Assembly (NCBI GenBank): GCA_976226885.1
Contig: OZ320317.1
Coordinates: 49,414,001 to 49,478,000, forward strand
Length of the DNA: 64,000 bases
Direction: 5' to 3'
From: Iphione sp. A-MEVVRFRX5
Lineage: Eukaryota
Made by a program: the position numbers and the translations under genes. Positions 1 to 13,533 of the stretch are shown here, piece after piece; the stretch's first letter is position 1; each line of letters opens with the position of its first letter. Under the pieces are notes generated by a model that was given only the letters and a program-made list of their open reading frames with translations, searched no databases and was not told the origin of the DNA.

Positions 1-355
1 TCTAGGGAATACATATTTGCATATGAGCTTCTTTTGTCCAATACACTTATGTTTAATAGGCGCAGTGTGATCATTCACCAACTGTCTTCATTAAAGAAGA
101 TCGCGTTGATTTTTGCAATTGTTGAAAATTCTGTACAGGTATTAGCAAGAATGGGCCTACTTTGCTCGTAAAAACCTGAAAGCGGAGGATAAAACTCGGC
201 GCTTTATTTTTGACACGGGTGTAGCTCTCCCTGGCAGAGTAGGATGGTGAAGCGAATCCATAGTCATTACTTCTAACCGAGCCTCAGGTATTAAAGGAAT
301 ACGTGATCCCTCCATTTAACACTGATTAATACCCAGGAACCAGTCCTTTGCTTAC

Positions 356-537
356 CTTTAACGCAGGTGTAAGACGCCTCCATATAGCTACGGAAGTCGC
401 CGGGACAAGGATTGATGCTGAGTGGGAGGAGAGCGCCAACCGTCCCGGTGCACGACCGCCGGCCTGAACACTTTTCATCCAGGTAGGCCAGCACATCTCT
501 GTAGCAGCCCAGCTTTCCGTAAGAACCAGTGATGCAC
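356..537 (-). CDS. Internal exon, C-terminal half of a SUEL/galactose-rhamnose-binding lectin-like domain
   Basis: Minus-strand acceptor tttcag|G at 538/537 and donor AAAG|gtaagc at 356/355. Translates (R)CITGSYGKLGCYRDVLAYLDEKCSGRRSCTGTVGALLPLSINPCPGDFRSYMEASYTCVK, with SUEL-type CSGRRSC, PCP and Y-x-C motifs. Phase 2 in, phase 1 out. Confidence 0.9.
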
Positions 538-1096
538 CTGAAAGTAGAAATGGAACGGACGTGACCCTTTTAAAGTAATTCCAGGGGGATATATTTTAGT
601 CAAGAGAAACCGAAATGTACGCAGAACCGTTCCAACTATGGGGGAAACTTCGGCCAATGTATACCTCCTCGCAGAGAAGTAGAACATTCAAGAAGTACTG
701 ATAATTCAGCGGCGAATTAAGATTTCGAGAAAATCAAAATGTTGCCACCGAGCATGTTTAAATCTTTTCAGTTTTAAACAAATACAGTCCCCCAATGCTG
801 CATGGGCCAAATTATAAATTTACAGTGTTACTTGGGTCTGTATTTTGTAGATGTAATCCGAAGGTACGTGTATATGTAAATGGCCAGGAAATTACAGACG
901 ACCGAAAATGACAGCCTTGTCAATTTTCGGTTTTTATTCAATAATACATCGGTCAATTTGGCGCTAAGTATTGCCTCCAAACGCGCGACATCTCTCTGCA
1001 CACCACCTAAAAAGAGTGAAACGGGTCTCTTTCACCAAAGGGCGAAAAAAGTTGGATGTGCAATGTCATCTGTGGTTGAGTGAGTGGTTGTCCTAC

Positions 1097-1202
1097 CTTC
1101 CAGCTCGCATACGTCCATAGCGTGCCGACTGCATGAGAACCACCTCGTTGTTTCCACAGGTGGCGTTAAATTCTTCCCGTTCGCAATACTCCCGCTCACC
1201 AC
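1097..1202 (-). CDS. Internal exon, N-terminal half of the same SUEL-like domain
   Basis: Acceptor cttcactag|GT at 1203/1202 and donor GGAAG|gtagg at 1097/1096. Translates GEREYCEREEFNATCGNNEVVLMQSARYGRMRAG(R), with the SUEL A-x-YGR motif. The phase-2 end joins the 356-537 exon in frame (AG|G TGC = R-C) across a 559-bp intron. Confidence 0.9.
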
Positions 1203-2619
1203 CTAGTGAAGAGAACCAAAGGCCAAAGGTTAAAGTCTGGGTGCCTGTGGTAGAGTGACGGTCAAAAGAAATGCATCGTGCGTTCTTGTGGAGACTCAAA
1301 TTGATCTAGTCCTTTCTGCAGCACTTCAAATCGCCTTTATTATATTCGGATGACTCATCACTTTTTAGAGATTGATCGAAGTCCAACTAATCTATGAAGT
1401 CTATTTTTGCACGAAATTTGATATAGACAATGAGAAATTCGCAGTGAGAGATCAGGTACAAGAGCAAGCAGTATAATAGACTTGGTGATATTCTTGTATG
1501 GTCGAATATACAAAGGCACACTACATTTCACAAATTCTGTTCATTCTCTTGTATGTATGTATCTATCTACATGTATATATTAAGATACTTATATGAGATT
1601 ATATTGCTTTCTGATATAAAAGAAATGTCCTAAACCTGTTATTACACAATACTCGTAAATGTTGCAAAGCATTAGTAAACAGGAAGAAAACACATAAGGT
1701 ACGAAGTATTCTACTAGTCTATTTCTCCATTCATCATAAATGCATGTATCAGTCTGTATAATAGCATCATTCTTTACAGGTTAGGGTGACTGACATAAAA
1801 GCTCACTCTATTTAAATCATTATTCAGTACCAAGTTTTGACTATGGCAACGTCCTCTCCCAACCTTTCCTCAGGATTTATAATAAACCTAAAACAATAAT
1901 TTTTTGGGGGGGAGGGGCTTCATAGTTTTTTAGTTTTGTTTTTATTTTTAGAGATATCGTCAAGACACCATTGTAAATAAAGCGGCAGAATACTGAAAGT
2001 AAACGGCACAGAAATGTTAATACTGACTAAGCGTCTGAGCTAAAACGATTAACTTTGTCGGGGTGGTTTCTTATATTCTAAATATATGTATACATATTCA
2101 ACAATTACAAGTGAAAATCAACATGAACTCGGTCTATTTGTGTACTCCATGGAACAGTCCTAATTATCTTAAACAAAACTTGTCTCATACACGAATAAGC
2201 TCATTCATATAAACATATATACTTGTATGTGTAAAGGAAATCGTGAAAAAAATGTATAAAAAAGAGTCCGCTGCAGAACCTCTTAAGGATTATTTGCGGT
2301 AGTCTTCGACAATCTTTGCCTTCCAGAAACCCCTCCATGCTTGGTTTAAATATGCTCGAAGGCAATATACTTCTGGCGTCACAAACACCACCGCTGTCTC
2401 TTAGGCGGCGCTGATAAAGGAGAAACGGTAGAGTTTGTCTCGGTGGAGAGTGCCAAGTGCATTTCTCAGTCCGCCGGTGGCAGATAAGTCGGTTGGCGTC
2501 TGATGCCAGACGGGCATTTTTCACCTCTAGCCGCGCCGCTAGTTTATCTAGGCACAGACCCGCAAGCTGCCTGCCAGAGCCCCTGTCGGGAAGAGGGGCA
2601 TGTCAGGGCAGAGGGCTGC

Positions 2620-2960
2620 TATTTACGGTAGTTGTCCGTTGAGAGCGTCCAATGGTGTCGGTGGGAAAAAATCCTCCCTTTCTCCATGTGTCCGTTTGTC
2701 GCTGGGAACACAGGTGTTGGACCTACCACTGGATCGTCTGCGTACATGTCTGTTTGTCTGTATGTGTGTCCAAGCTTATTCAAAGAGCGGTGAATGAGCT
2801 CCAACTTCCTGGCCCATCCGCCAAGACCGAAGCAATCTTCATTATGACATCTCCAGTCATTTTTGGTCCCTTTATTTACTCGAGTAGCTCATGGGAGTCG
2901 CTCAAAACAGCATGGTGTGGACTTTCTTTACACCAGCCTGTCTGAGCCAGGTCCACGCAT
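2620..2960 (-). pseudogene. Possible decayed RT relic (DIRS/LTR type)
   Basis: FERLP(M)S with a frameshift, followed by MYADDPVVGPT, echoes LPMG...YxDD. Spacing is longer than typical and the frames are broken. Confidence 0.2.
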
Positions 2961-3346
2961 ATCTCCCTGGGACTTAAAAGGCTCGCTCTGCAAACTTACT
3001 TATTCCGTCTGTTTTGCTTCGACCCATTGGTGGATAAGGACATTCGGCTGCAGACACACGCTCCCAGGACTCAGGTCTCAAAACCTGGGGACATTAAGAT
3101 AATGGCGAGTTGCTTATCCTGCTGCTGTTGTCTGCCGTTGGGATATCAAGCCACCTGCACCCCGGCGTTCGTACTCTCGCCGTTCGTCACCCAACATGGC
3201 ACCGTTCAGTCTCATATGGACCATCCATCCTCCTAGTCGCCAGCAGACCTTCCCTTAGAAAGTAAACATCCCCCACCGAATATCCAAAAGTATCCAGCAA
3301 AGCGAAACCCTATTGTGGGACGGTATTCTTTTCTCTTCGTAGTTTG

Positions 3347-3363
3347 CCCCCCCCCCCCCCCCC
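3347..3363. repeat. C17 homopolymer
   Basis: Direct reading. A G14 run also occurs at 38439-38452. Confidence 0.9.
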
Positions 3364-6300
3364 GCCTTCCCTCTTCTTGAGCTGTCTCCGCCAGCACCAC
3401 GAAATGATCTGCCCGGCACCACGGGCGGTCGAGACAATATACATTATCTGCCCTCGCGCGGTATTGTCAGTATTAACACAGTTTGCTTTGTCTTGGCCTT
3501 CTCACTTATGAACTGGCACGGCCTCCCTACCTCATCTCCCGGCCTACATCCCGCCTGACAGGACGGGAGCAATCTACCGTGCCCGTAGGGAAAGGGAGGA
3601 GCAGGTCTTCAACGAAGCTCGCCCGGCTTGCGTGGCCTGTGGGAAGAGAAGATACATCGGAGGATGGAAATATCACGACTGTATGTCGATGAAGCATCAA
3701 GAGGTCACTCTTACTACTGCTGGACTCTGGGGTGGCCCAAGGCGACCAGCCACTATCGACCACGCCGTTGAGCATTGTCGACGAGCAGTTCATGTCTACG
3801 AGCGGCTCATCTTTACTGCAGCGCGTGGCATCCCCTACTGACCAGAGTTTAATACATATCAGCTCCGTCTTCTCGCCTGACTTCACATGTGCTGTCTTTC
3901 TCGTTTCTGATGTTTAGAACACTGGACTCGCAGTTGAAAGGTCAGGAACAGGAGAAGGAGGCTGGCATCCTTGTTATTAGGGGTGAAAATAATGATTAAC
4001 ACTGATCTCACATATCCTTTAGAAAGCCATCTGAGCGCATACTCAGCTCATTGATCCGAAAGAGTACATGTACAGCAAACTGAAAGCGGTGTTATAGATT
4101 TGTTTCTAATATCACCCGACAGAACTTGTGGCCGTTTTACATGTACCTCCAGTATTGTTAGTAGTATGTGAGTGTAAGGTAACTAGCATGGCACAAATAA
4201 ATCTCCATAATTCAACAATTATCGATTATATCATGGTTCTGACTAATGTGTGTAGCTTTCCGTGGACATCAATTGCACACCAGGTGTTAACATGACACTG
4301 GCAAAATTTATTGAAATTCGCCATGATGCATCCACAAAGATCAATAAATTGATTTCAAAGCATGTGGGCGCTCCTCGTGTATTTAGCGTGGAAAGAGCTA
4401 TTAACTTCTACGGGCTCCAAACATTATTTCCCAGTGATGGTCTGAACGTTGACCTAAAAGAGAAAATGTGCATGTAACTCCCAGTTGGAGTGTTCGAGGT
4501 GCATTATTGGTTAATGAAATTGCTAATTTAAATGGCAGCCTCAGTGCCTTATATACTACCTGAGGGGCGTCAATCCTATCATTCTACGCATGAGATATAT
4601 AATATATATACCCGTACCTGAAACAGACCCGTTAAAGGGAACATTTAAATTATTAAAAGAAGATAATGTTAAACAAGCTGGATACGCCCTGTTCGGACAT
4701 CAACCAAGACCAGGAGAAACTGCCAAGTGTTGGGCTCTCCTTGCTGCACTGACTACATGGCAGCTACTAATGCTATTTCCCTGCGGGGGTCTGAGCTCGG
4801 GCTGTTTATTGTCGGGGCCCTGGTCGCCTGCCACCATTCACTGTCGGCGAGCGCCTCCTCGGCCCCGGCCTCCCTCCATCCAGTTGGTCGGCCTGCCGGG
4901 CCCTGGCCAGCACCACCCAATACACACACTTGATTATCGGCGATATTAATGAATTCCCTCGCGGCCTTTCGCAGGTCGTAGCAGCGCAGGGCCAAACACC
5001 CACATAGAGATGGAAATCGCTGATGGCCGGCCTCGGCGGCCCCTACCGGCCGACCCGCGGGAGCCTGTCGCTGGAAGAATTGAAGGGCCCTGGGTCCTTA
5101 TTTGAAAGTCAATGACATTTCCTCCTTCGCAGCGGACGGGTTAGAACCAAACGCATTCGGCGGGGAAGGTGCTGGTGTTGGTGGGAGGGGGTTGGACTGC
5201 GATGCCACTCGCTTTGGCTTATCTCCTGTTTTTTTATGGAACTGCATGGCGATAGCCGGAGTTAAAGAACGAGGGAAGATAAACAAAAATAGGACTTGCT
5301 TTAAGAAACACGACAACCGTCCTGAATACAAAGTTACTGTTAACCGCATTACGTACATGGCCAGGGGAGATAACAAGAAAGACAATGCAAGCGAGTCGAA
5401 GGTCAGATACAGTGGAAAGTGCCCTATGGGACAACGCATCCGGAGATAACACTACAGATTGAATGTAGGAAAAAGAGATAAGACGATCTTAACTTATACG
5501 CTTGCACACGATAGCTCTGGCAGGGCGGCCAATCCCCGTCCAGTTTATGTCATGACATTATTGTTAGTATGCCGGTTTGTATTGTAAACTGACGGACCGA
5601 CTTGCCATCCGACGCCATGACCGATCGGTCATCCGGCGGTGCAGACGGAAGTTCGGAAGGCACTGAGGCCATGTTTTTATCAGAGAACTCTATGAATGAC
5701 TTCTGTCTACTCAGCCCCATAACCTCATCATCAAGGCTCGAATCGTCCCTCCCCTACCCCTACCACCGTTCCTATCGCAGATACTAAAGCCCTCCCTTGC
5801 AGGCGACCATTTCTCCTATTATCGCCGGCTAATGCTCATCAGCTCCGGGGTAATATTCAATCAAACCCGATCCCTCCCGGCTCAGGCGGCCGCCCCGCGT
5901 TCGCCCCCGGAGCGGGCCGGTCGTAATGCCTCGTTTACATAAGTCTGATTGCTTTGACCCCGGACAATGTGGACACCGTCGTTCTTGTCGCCGCGCCGGA
6001 TACATGAACTGCCACCTGGCGTCGGTCGGCGGCACCACTGCTCCCCCTATGAGGTCACCCCGTGGCCTCCGCTAGGCGGCGGCCGCTGGGCCTGAGGGGG
6101 GCGTCGGCTCTGGCGTCGGTCATAGACGCACTGTTTATTGCTCTCATAACAGTAGCGTCCCGTATTCGGACACAGCCTAACGAGCGCCGCCTGAGCCCAC
6201 TTAAGTCCGGCTCGCGACGCCCAGTGAGCCGCTCGGCGCGTGACCTATCGGCCCCAAGAGCAGCTCAGACTATTGGCATTGATGATGCAAGGTTGCTACG

Positions 6301-8834
6301 AAATAATGAGAAGAAATAATAAACTGCTACGGCGGCTGTGTCTGCCTCCGCCTAGCCCGACGTTGCCCATGTCAGCCTGCCGCATAATAACAACATTCAC
6401 CATCGGAACGCAGATCACGAAGTTGGAAGCGCAGCGAGGACACGGCGCCCTGATTATATGGCGAAAGCCAGAATAAGACGGGAGCCCGAGTGACTGTAAC
6501 GGACTCAGAGCCCGCTGAACAGCTTCGTCCTAGGCTCTGGGTGACATTACTTTCTTGTTTCACCTCACCTGCTGGTGTGTTTTATTTGGAGGAATGAGCT
6601 GGAGTGATTTCGCTGGGATAATGAGGGAAGGGGAGTATGAATATTGTTCAGACCAATTTATCTGCAGTGGAAGTGCCCTGAAGAGACTGGTTATCCAATC
6701 TGGATAAAAGCTAATTATTTTATATCTAGTATTATGTTTTCCTTTAAACTTATATAAAACATAACTGAAGTTATCTAATTAAAGCTATACATACATACAT
6801 ATGTTTGTACATACGTAACGCGGTGCACACTTCGTGGAGATGTCCATCAAATCTCCTGCCAGCTCGTGTATGATTAGCAAGATAATTACACACCTACAAA
6901 ACAGGTATCCGTACACTACTGTATCTTGAAATATGGAAACAAGTCACTGTGGACAATGATCTCGGGATCTGTTATAGACAGAACTGGATTTTAAAAGCCT
7001 CTGGAAGAGCAACTCAGACCCCTACCTCATATCATTTGTTATGTAGACATGGTATGACCGATGGAAGATAGCGTTGAATGACATGAGCAGCGGACAACAA
7101 ATTGTCGCCATCTTCACTATCGAGCGTTCTTGGCGTCCTTTACTCAAGCATCTAGAGTGTCATTTCGTGAAAAATGATACTTAATTATTTCGCTAAGGCA
7201 GTCCTTGCAAGGTCATCAAAAGTCTAGACCTGATCTCACATAAGATAATGACTGACGAGAGTAGGACGGAAAACAAGTAGGAAATGGCGAACAGAACTGA
7301 AGGAGGACGCGAGATAGAAAAAAGAACGTCCTTTGTGTTCTATGATCCTTGCGTCTCCTCATTCTCTGGGATTGGGATTGTCGGTTCTATTCCACAGTCG
7401 GAACTTTGACGCATCGGCAGTACAAACTCAGACTGTTTGAAGGTTTATTTGCCGAAACAACTGCTCAATAACTCGGTATCTTTTCGCCGGAGATGGGCGC
7501 TTTTGAAGGTGGGCCGGCCGAGGCATCGTAGCCGCCGCTTCCGCGTGTCCATCGATCCCTCTGTCGGCGATGCGGCGCGCTCCGTCCCGGCTGAGCCGGC
7601 CTATCCGGGCGTCCTTCTGCGCAGAGATAAAAGCCCCCAGTGCCCTGGGTCAGTCGAATAAGAAGTATATTTGATAAGCGAGGGACTGGGTCTCTGGCGC
7701 TTGGGAATTATGAATAATTCCTTTTAACGCGGTCCTTTGTGTCCTGTGGGGATACACTAGAAGATGGGTAGTCTAACAAGCACAGGCACAGATCAGTACC
7801 AACTGGGGCCTATAAACCAAAGGAACTGTACATGTTTGTTCACCACTGACAGCGAAATGGAATCGTGAACGCTGATCGATGGCCCCTAGAACTACTCGTC
7901 TATTTTTTGTCATTTCTGTAGCGGTATATGCCGACATTTGCTACCCTATGACCTGTAATCGTTATCTATCTTGTTTCGAGGCGTCGATATGCCTTTTCTA
8001 ACAGGCGCCTAACGATGTTCCGTGATTGGCAAAATTGATTGGAGTACAACTATTTACCGAGTACAAGAATTGCTAGAATTGCCTGGAGTAAATGTTTCTA
8101 GTATGCACCTGCCAACGGTGGATCAGCTGTTATTGACTAGGGCCCACAAAGAGCAGCGACCATCGAAAAACCTATGCCTGCCTGCAGTATGATTTGATGA
8201 TGGTGGAGGATGTAGTCCCGTTTTGTCACCTCCGCCCATTCCCAGACGGCTTCATCCGTAGCAGTGCTGTCTCTCATTGCAGGGTACTTTTTGAGGCAAT
8301 AGTCTAAAACAATAGAGTAATTCCTCCGTGTACTCATTGAATAGTCAGTCGAGAGGCTGACGCCTGGAGCACAGTATTCGATTCACTTGGCCTCTCCCAC
8401 ACGGCTAGGTGTTGTTTTTACCTTGACATACACTTGAAGCTTGGGAGACTGGACGGCCACTGATATTGGTTATTGAGGGCAGGGTAGAGAAGCCAAGGCA
8501 GCACTGTCTCCGGGTATCTCTCATGAGTCATCAATTCAGCCCGCGAGGGACAACTCACACGTAACGCAGGGACGATCGGAAAGGGCAGTTCTCACTCTCG
8601 ACTGATACGATAATTCTGCCTGCAACCAGATCATCTACCATGGACTGCACAGCCGGAGGACCATCATGCTATCGACCCCTAGCGCTTCCACACACCCAAT
8701 CATCAACCATCACCTACCGAACATCCGTGCGTCTTCAAGCTCTCTCGTCCTTTTGTGCCCGACCCTGCTCCCCGGCCCCCTTTCCACCTTGCCAACAAAA
8801 AGACCTGCCACTCAGGCGCTAACGACTTGCCCGC

Positions 8835-8958
8835 TCACCAGGGGGCAATGACAGTGACAGGTCTGGCCCGTCTCCTGCCGCGGCACGGCGCCACCGTACA
8901 GGAGGACGTTACCGCGCCCTCTGGTGGGAACCGCCTGGTTACTTCCTCCAGGGGGCGC
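8835..8958. promoter_or_regulatory. Cluster of three CTCF-like motifs
   Basis: TCACCAGGGGGCA (8835-8847, +), CCACCAGAGGGCGC (8914-8927, -), CCTCCAGGGGGCGC (8945-8958, +). Confidence 0.45.
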
Positions 8959-10336
8959 CCGGGGGATGACGGCCAGGATATTGACCAGGTATTGATGCTC
9001 CACGCACCGCATTTGGCCTAACACTTTTTTCTCCTGCTATCCCGTGCGTGCGAGTTTGCTGAGGTGAAAGCCGTGGGGAGAGACGTCTACAAAAGACAAC
9101 ATGGATCTGTCACGCTGCGAGCATAACCAGAGTTTTCTCATCTCCTCTTTATCACAGGCTGCATGTTTTCTGTCCCAATCATAGCGATTGCGAAATACAA
9201 ATATCCTGCTTAAAATTCTTAATAGGTTCTAGTAGGAAGTAACTTTTGATGGAATAAAACCATATTACCTTCAGGACTACACAGAAATGATTGAGAATGG
9301 ATTTTCGCTTTGACCTCCTGCCAACCCTCTAACAGCTATAGGGAACAAGAATACTACAAAAGTATTTCTTGCCAACATCATGTTTTGCTGGTTGAATTAT
9401 GTTGGGTTCCTACAGTTTTTTCTCTCCAACATTACATGCTGGAGCTACTCGATTAGAACCAAAGCACAGGTCTTTTTTCGAGTTGTGTGAAACCTTCGTC
9501 ACGCGAGAAAATTACAACCATCAAAACCCCTGCTTAATTGATACAAAACACAACCACTTCTTACACCCTGTCGCATCTTCGTGAATATCGAACGAGAGCT
9601 GATGAATTAAATTCCTGCAAAAAAGTGTCTATGGACAAGGCGGCCGTGCTTTCGGACCTGCCGTTATAATATTAATGACGCCTGGGCCAAAACGAGAAAG
9701 AATGGCATTGTGGTGGCCGGCCTTGCTTAACGATCACTTTTCTACCTCGTGTTTCATCCCCGGAGGTGAGGGTTGGCGCGCCAGGCGCTGCCTGAAGGGA
9801 GCGCGCACCGAATCAATTACAGCATCAACTGTCTAAACACGGGCGACAGTTGGGCGCCCGATACATTCTACGCGGGTCTTAAACGGTGATTGCGGCCAGC
9901 AAACAGAGCCTCCCGCGACCGGATTGATTCTCCTGTCCCTGTCGCTGTCCACATCCGGAGACGACTATTATAACGCTCATTTGTGTCCTCAGCTGTGCGT
10001 CATGTGATCACGGGAAAAACCTCTGATCACGCGCATTAAACGGCCAGCCCTGACCATGGGCTAAGCTGTCTTCAATAAAGGGGAGCCCGTCCACTCCAGT
10101 AGGCTTTCTCTGCAGGCCGATCGTTCCTGTGCATCTGAAAACACCCATGTATACAAACGTAGAATACGTTATGTTCAACGCAGTAATAAGAGATATAAGA
10201 GTCTGTGTATATATGTGTGCATGTGTGTGAGTCCATGTGTGTATTTATGTACAACAGTCGGCGCCCTTTCTTCAAGAACAGTAGTAGGACCCGTGTTCCC
10301 TAACCAAAGGCCGCCACTACTTCTGGGCGCAGGCCA

Positions 10337-10860
10337 ATCGCCATAGCAACCTTCGACTGTAATTACATTGCCTCGGCGTTAAATTAGATAAGTCTTCTGT
10401 TTCTGTTTGTTCTCCTCTCAAGAGCTCTGAGGACGTTGCCATCTCCTCTCAAAGCCTTGAGAGCAGCGACTGATGGGGATGATCAAAGAACCTATTGTTC
10501 CTGTTGGATAACTTAGTTACATAGCAACAAACCACCACACACACTAAAGCAACACTGAAGGACAGACTGGTGGAATATTGTCAAGGGACGTATGCAGATA
10601 GGACTGTTCTTTGTAAAAGTCCGATTGATTATCACAAGGTTACCCGTCCTGTTAGAAGTGGAATTAGTGAGATAGTCACACAGACATGACAAAAACAGCA
10701 TATAGTAACATATAGATGGCTCTAGATAACACTGTAGAGGGAAATGTCCGTTTTGCTTAGTAAAATCAAATGAACTTCGAAATAAGAGGGAACCCCAAGG
10801 GCCATATGACAAGCCCCATGGCGGGGCCTATGTCTGCTTTAAGATCGTTGCCATGGAAAC
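10337..10860. promoter_or_regulatory. RFX X-box-like motif cluster
   Basis: ATCGCCATAGCAAC (10337-10350), GTTACATAGCAAC (10516-10528) and a perfect GTTGCCATGGAAAC (10847-10860). Confidence 0.4.
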
Positions 10861-12545
10861 CATTTAGAGGTACTCTTTTCCTCTTTTGGATCGCGTGGCA
10901 GGTGTTTCTCTCTGTACACCACCTGTTGCTGGCGGTCACATCAAAGAGTTTAGTTCCTCGCCCATGTCCCTTCCTTAAGAACCGTGAGAATCCAGGAGGG
11001 AGAATGGCGGTATTCCACCCAACTGAAGCCATGGTTTATCCTGCTTTTCATAAATTCTACATGTAATATGTAACTACAAATAATATCTGTTGTACATGCA
11101 TTCTATATGATATGCTGGGTTAGACTGGCAGTTGAACACATTAGTGAGGAGTAACATGTAAGAAGGCTATATCTTCGGCAGGTACAGTGGGGTAGTGTAT
11201 ATTCCATGAAAGACTTGATTTACCATCTCCCCGGTCGACGAGCATCTCAGCTGAGGTTAACCTCTATCTAGATGTCTTTGCAATAGGCTTTACAGCGCAT
11301 TTTGAAGAAAATGAATGAGACAACGCCACTGAGACAGGGGCCAATTTCACAATCGACGGGTAAGAAGGAGACAGAGAAGCAAGCAGACAGACGGACAGGG
11401 AAGCGACAGGGAGTGGTGGATCCTCCGGCAGAAGAAGTGGATGTAATATAGTTAGGAGTGGCCGGCGAGGGGAGAGGTACGGTACGTTTTTTTCTTTTTG
11501 AGTGTTTGTTTTATTAGGCCCCAGGAACGTGACCTGGGTTAAGAGGTGACTCGTGGGTAGATGTAAACTGACATGGCGGCGTGGGGTGCGGGCGTGAGCA
11601 GTCAGGCTTTCCGTGGCACACAGGAGGATGTGGGATGTCGGCGCTCTAGAGGAGAGGCTACCGGGTAGATGGGAGGCTGAAATAGTGGGCTACTGACGCA
11701 TCCTGTCATCCGGTCACCTGGCCACGCTCGGCCCCGTGACAGGCGACGTTAACAATATTATCGCTGCAAATGGAACGTCGCTTCCCTCGTAGCTGCCAAC
11801 TACCTGCTTGACATCTTAATATGTACCGCCCTTTCGTATGTTTGCTCTGTCTGCATGATCTTGCACTACGGTAGATAGATCTCTATAAGTGTTTTTTTGT
11901 GTTTCTATCAGGATCATGATGACAGTCTCGCTTTGCTGATTCACTCATTCTCCCTGATGTTTGAGCTGTGTACGACATAGCAGTACAATATAACCCGGTA
12001 TATCTACTCCAGGAAAGGTGGCTTGAGCCAGGTGAACTATACAACAAGATCAGCATCAGAAGAGTTTTGCTGCTACCATAATAGATGATCATATAATTAG
12101 TTAATATACTGTTAGACCAAGAGTAAACCATGGTGGTATTCACAACGTGATATTAGAGAAAGAGAGGTAAGAATAGGTCTCAAGGGATTCGTAGTTTTGC
12201 TTGTATTCAGGAGTTGAGCCTCATTGATCCATCATACTTGAACTTTCTTCGCTGTCTGATCCTTGTGCTCAGCAGCATGTGTACCCGAGAAAAACTGTAG
12301 ATGCAGCATGGTTTCAAGTATTAACTTCTTGCGAATGTCTAAAGAGTATTATAACAGAAGTAACAATATCTGTATGCCGGTATATGGTATACGTAATCAT
12401 CTGATGCAATCTCTTTCATTTTATCCGAACGGTGGGGCGTGTCCTACAGGCTGATCAAATTACAGATGGTGTTGCCCGCATGAGTCAAGCAACAGTTAGT
12501 AACGATCCCAAATATCGCTCCAAATGAGTCAGTTTTACTGATTAC

Positions 12546-12572
12546 TGCCACCAGATGGCGGCAAGCCGGAAG
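12546..12572 (+). promoter_or_regulatory. CTCF-like motif next to an ETS-like motif
   Basis: TGCCACCAGATGGCGGCA followed by CCGGAAGT. Other single CTCF-like matches at 18144-18157 (-), 23317-23330 (+) and 47834-47847 (+). Confidence 0.4.
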
Positions 12573-12916
12573 TCAAAGCCGGGCACCCAGGGCCTTAGGC
12601 TATGACCACTCCGTCACTATCAATGGACTTCCTCGGGCTCAAATGAAGAAACCTGAGCGTCTCTCCTACTTCCTGTCCAGGGATCACTGTGAGGAAAAAT
12701 TAGATTTGGAGATGTTCTCGAATGGCGAACGATTGACAGTTTGGGGTCATGATAACACACACTTATTGCAACTCGCTGTGGATGAGTACCTGTGTGCCAC
12801 TTCAGGCTCATCTAGGCGACAGAAGTGTTTTCCTCCCCCATGATAAGCCTGCTCTCAAAGGGGTCATGCAGACACTAGATTGAACTCAAATTTCTAGAAG
12901 CACCTGTTATCTAGAA

Positions 12917-13150
12917 TTGTTATACAGGGCTAATATCAGGAAAACCGTGGCTGATCTGACATCTGTCCATGGTAATGGATTCAAAATAAGGGTTGTATCG
13001 ACAGTAAAATATCTTGGAATTAAAAAACTATACCAAAAATTAGATCACTTTAGGCATATCAGACCAAACCTTGATAGGGACAATGCCCTGAAAGTAGCTA
13101 GAACATTGATAACTCCAATCAGCAAGTATCTTCTGTTTGTACACACAGTG
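12917..13150 (+). pseudogene. Decayed LINE RT C-terminal (thumb) fragment
   Basis: VVSTVKYLGI followed by KLDHFRHIRPNLDRDNALKVARTLITPISKY resembles the KYLG...l.rir..L......ly..lI.P..dY segment of L2/CR1-group ORF2. Confidence 0.45.
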
Positions 13151-13500
13151 TTAAGGAAAGAAATATATGTACCTGACCTAATCCTACCAGGCAGGACAGC
13201 AAAAGGCAAATTAAAATACCACGACCAAGGAAGGAAAGCTACAGACAATGGCCTGAGTACACTGGGTTGCTTCTCTGGCATGGAATAACTTCACGAACGT
13301 CCTACCTTGAACACAATGAGTTTGTAAAATCCATGAAGAGACATAAGAAAAGGTTCTTACTTGATCTCAAGGTTCCCTAGGGTCTTAGTGAACTTATGAA
13401 TCACAATCACTGACACAATTCCAATATTTCAAGTGAAGTGGATGATTTCTAAGTGAGGGTGGGGCAAATGTTGCCCCTCTATCATTGTCCTTAAAAGCCT

Positions 13501-13533
13501 GGAATATGGCTATTATCAAGTGTCTGTGTGTGC
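13501..13533 (+). repeat. Short dispersed repeat, second copy at 15862-15897
   Basis: ggaatatggctattatcaagtgtctgtgtgtgc versus ggaactatggctattatcaagaatgtctctgtgtgc. Confidence 0.55.

Noticed and set aside
8940-9100. FFLLLSRACEF resembling the recombinase AFFxxLRxxE motif
   Set aside because: Preceded by a stop, and I could not find the later catalytic motifs.
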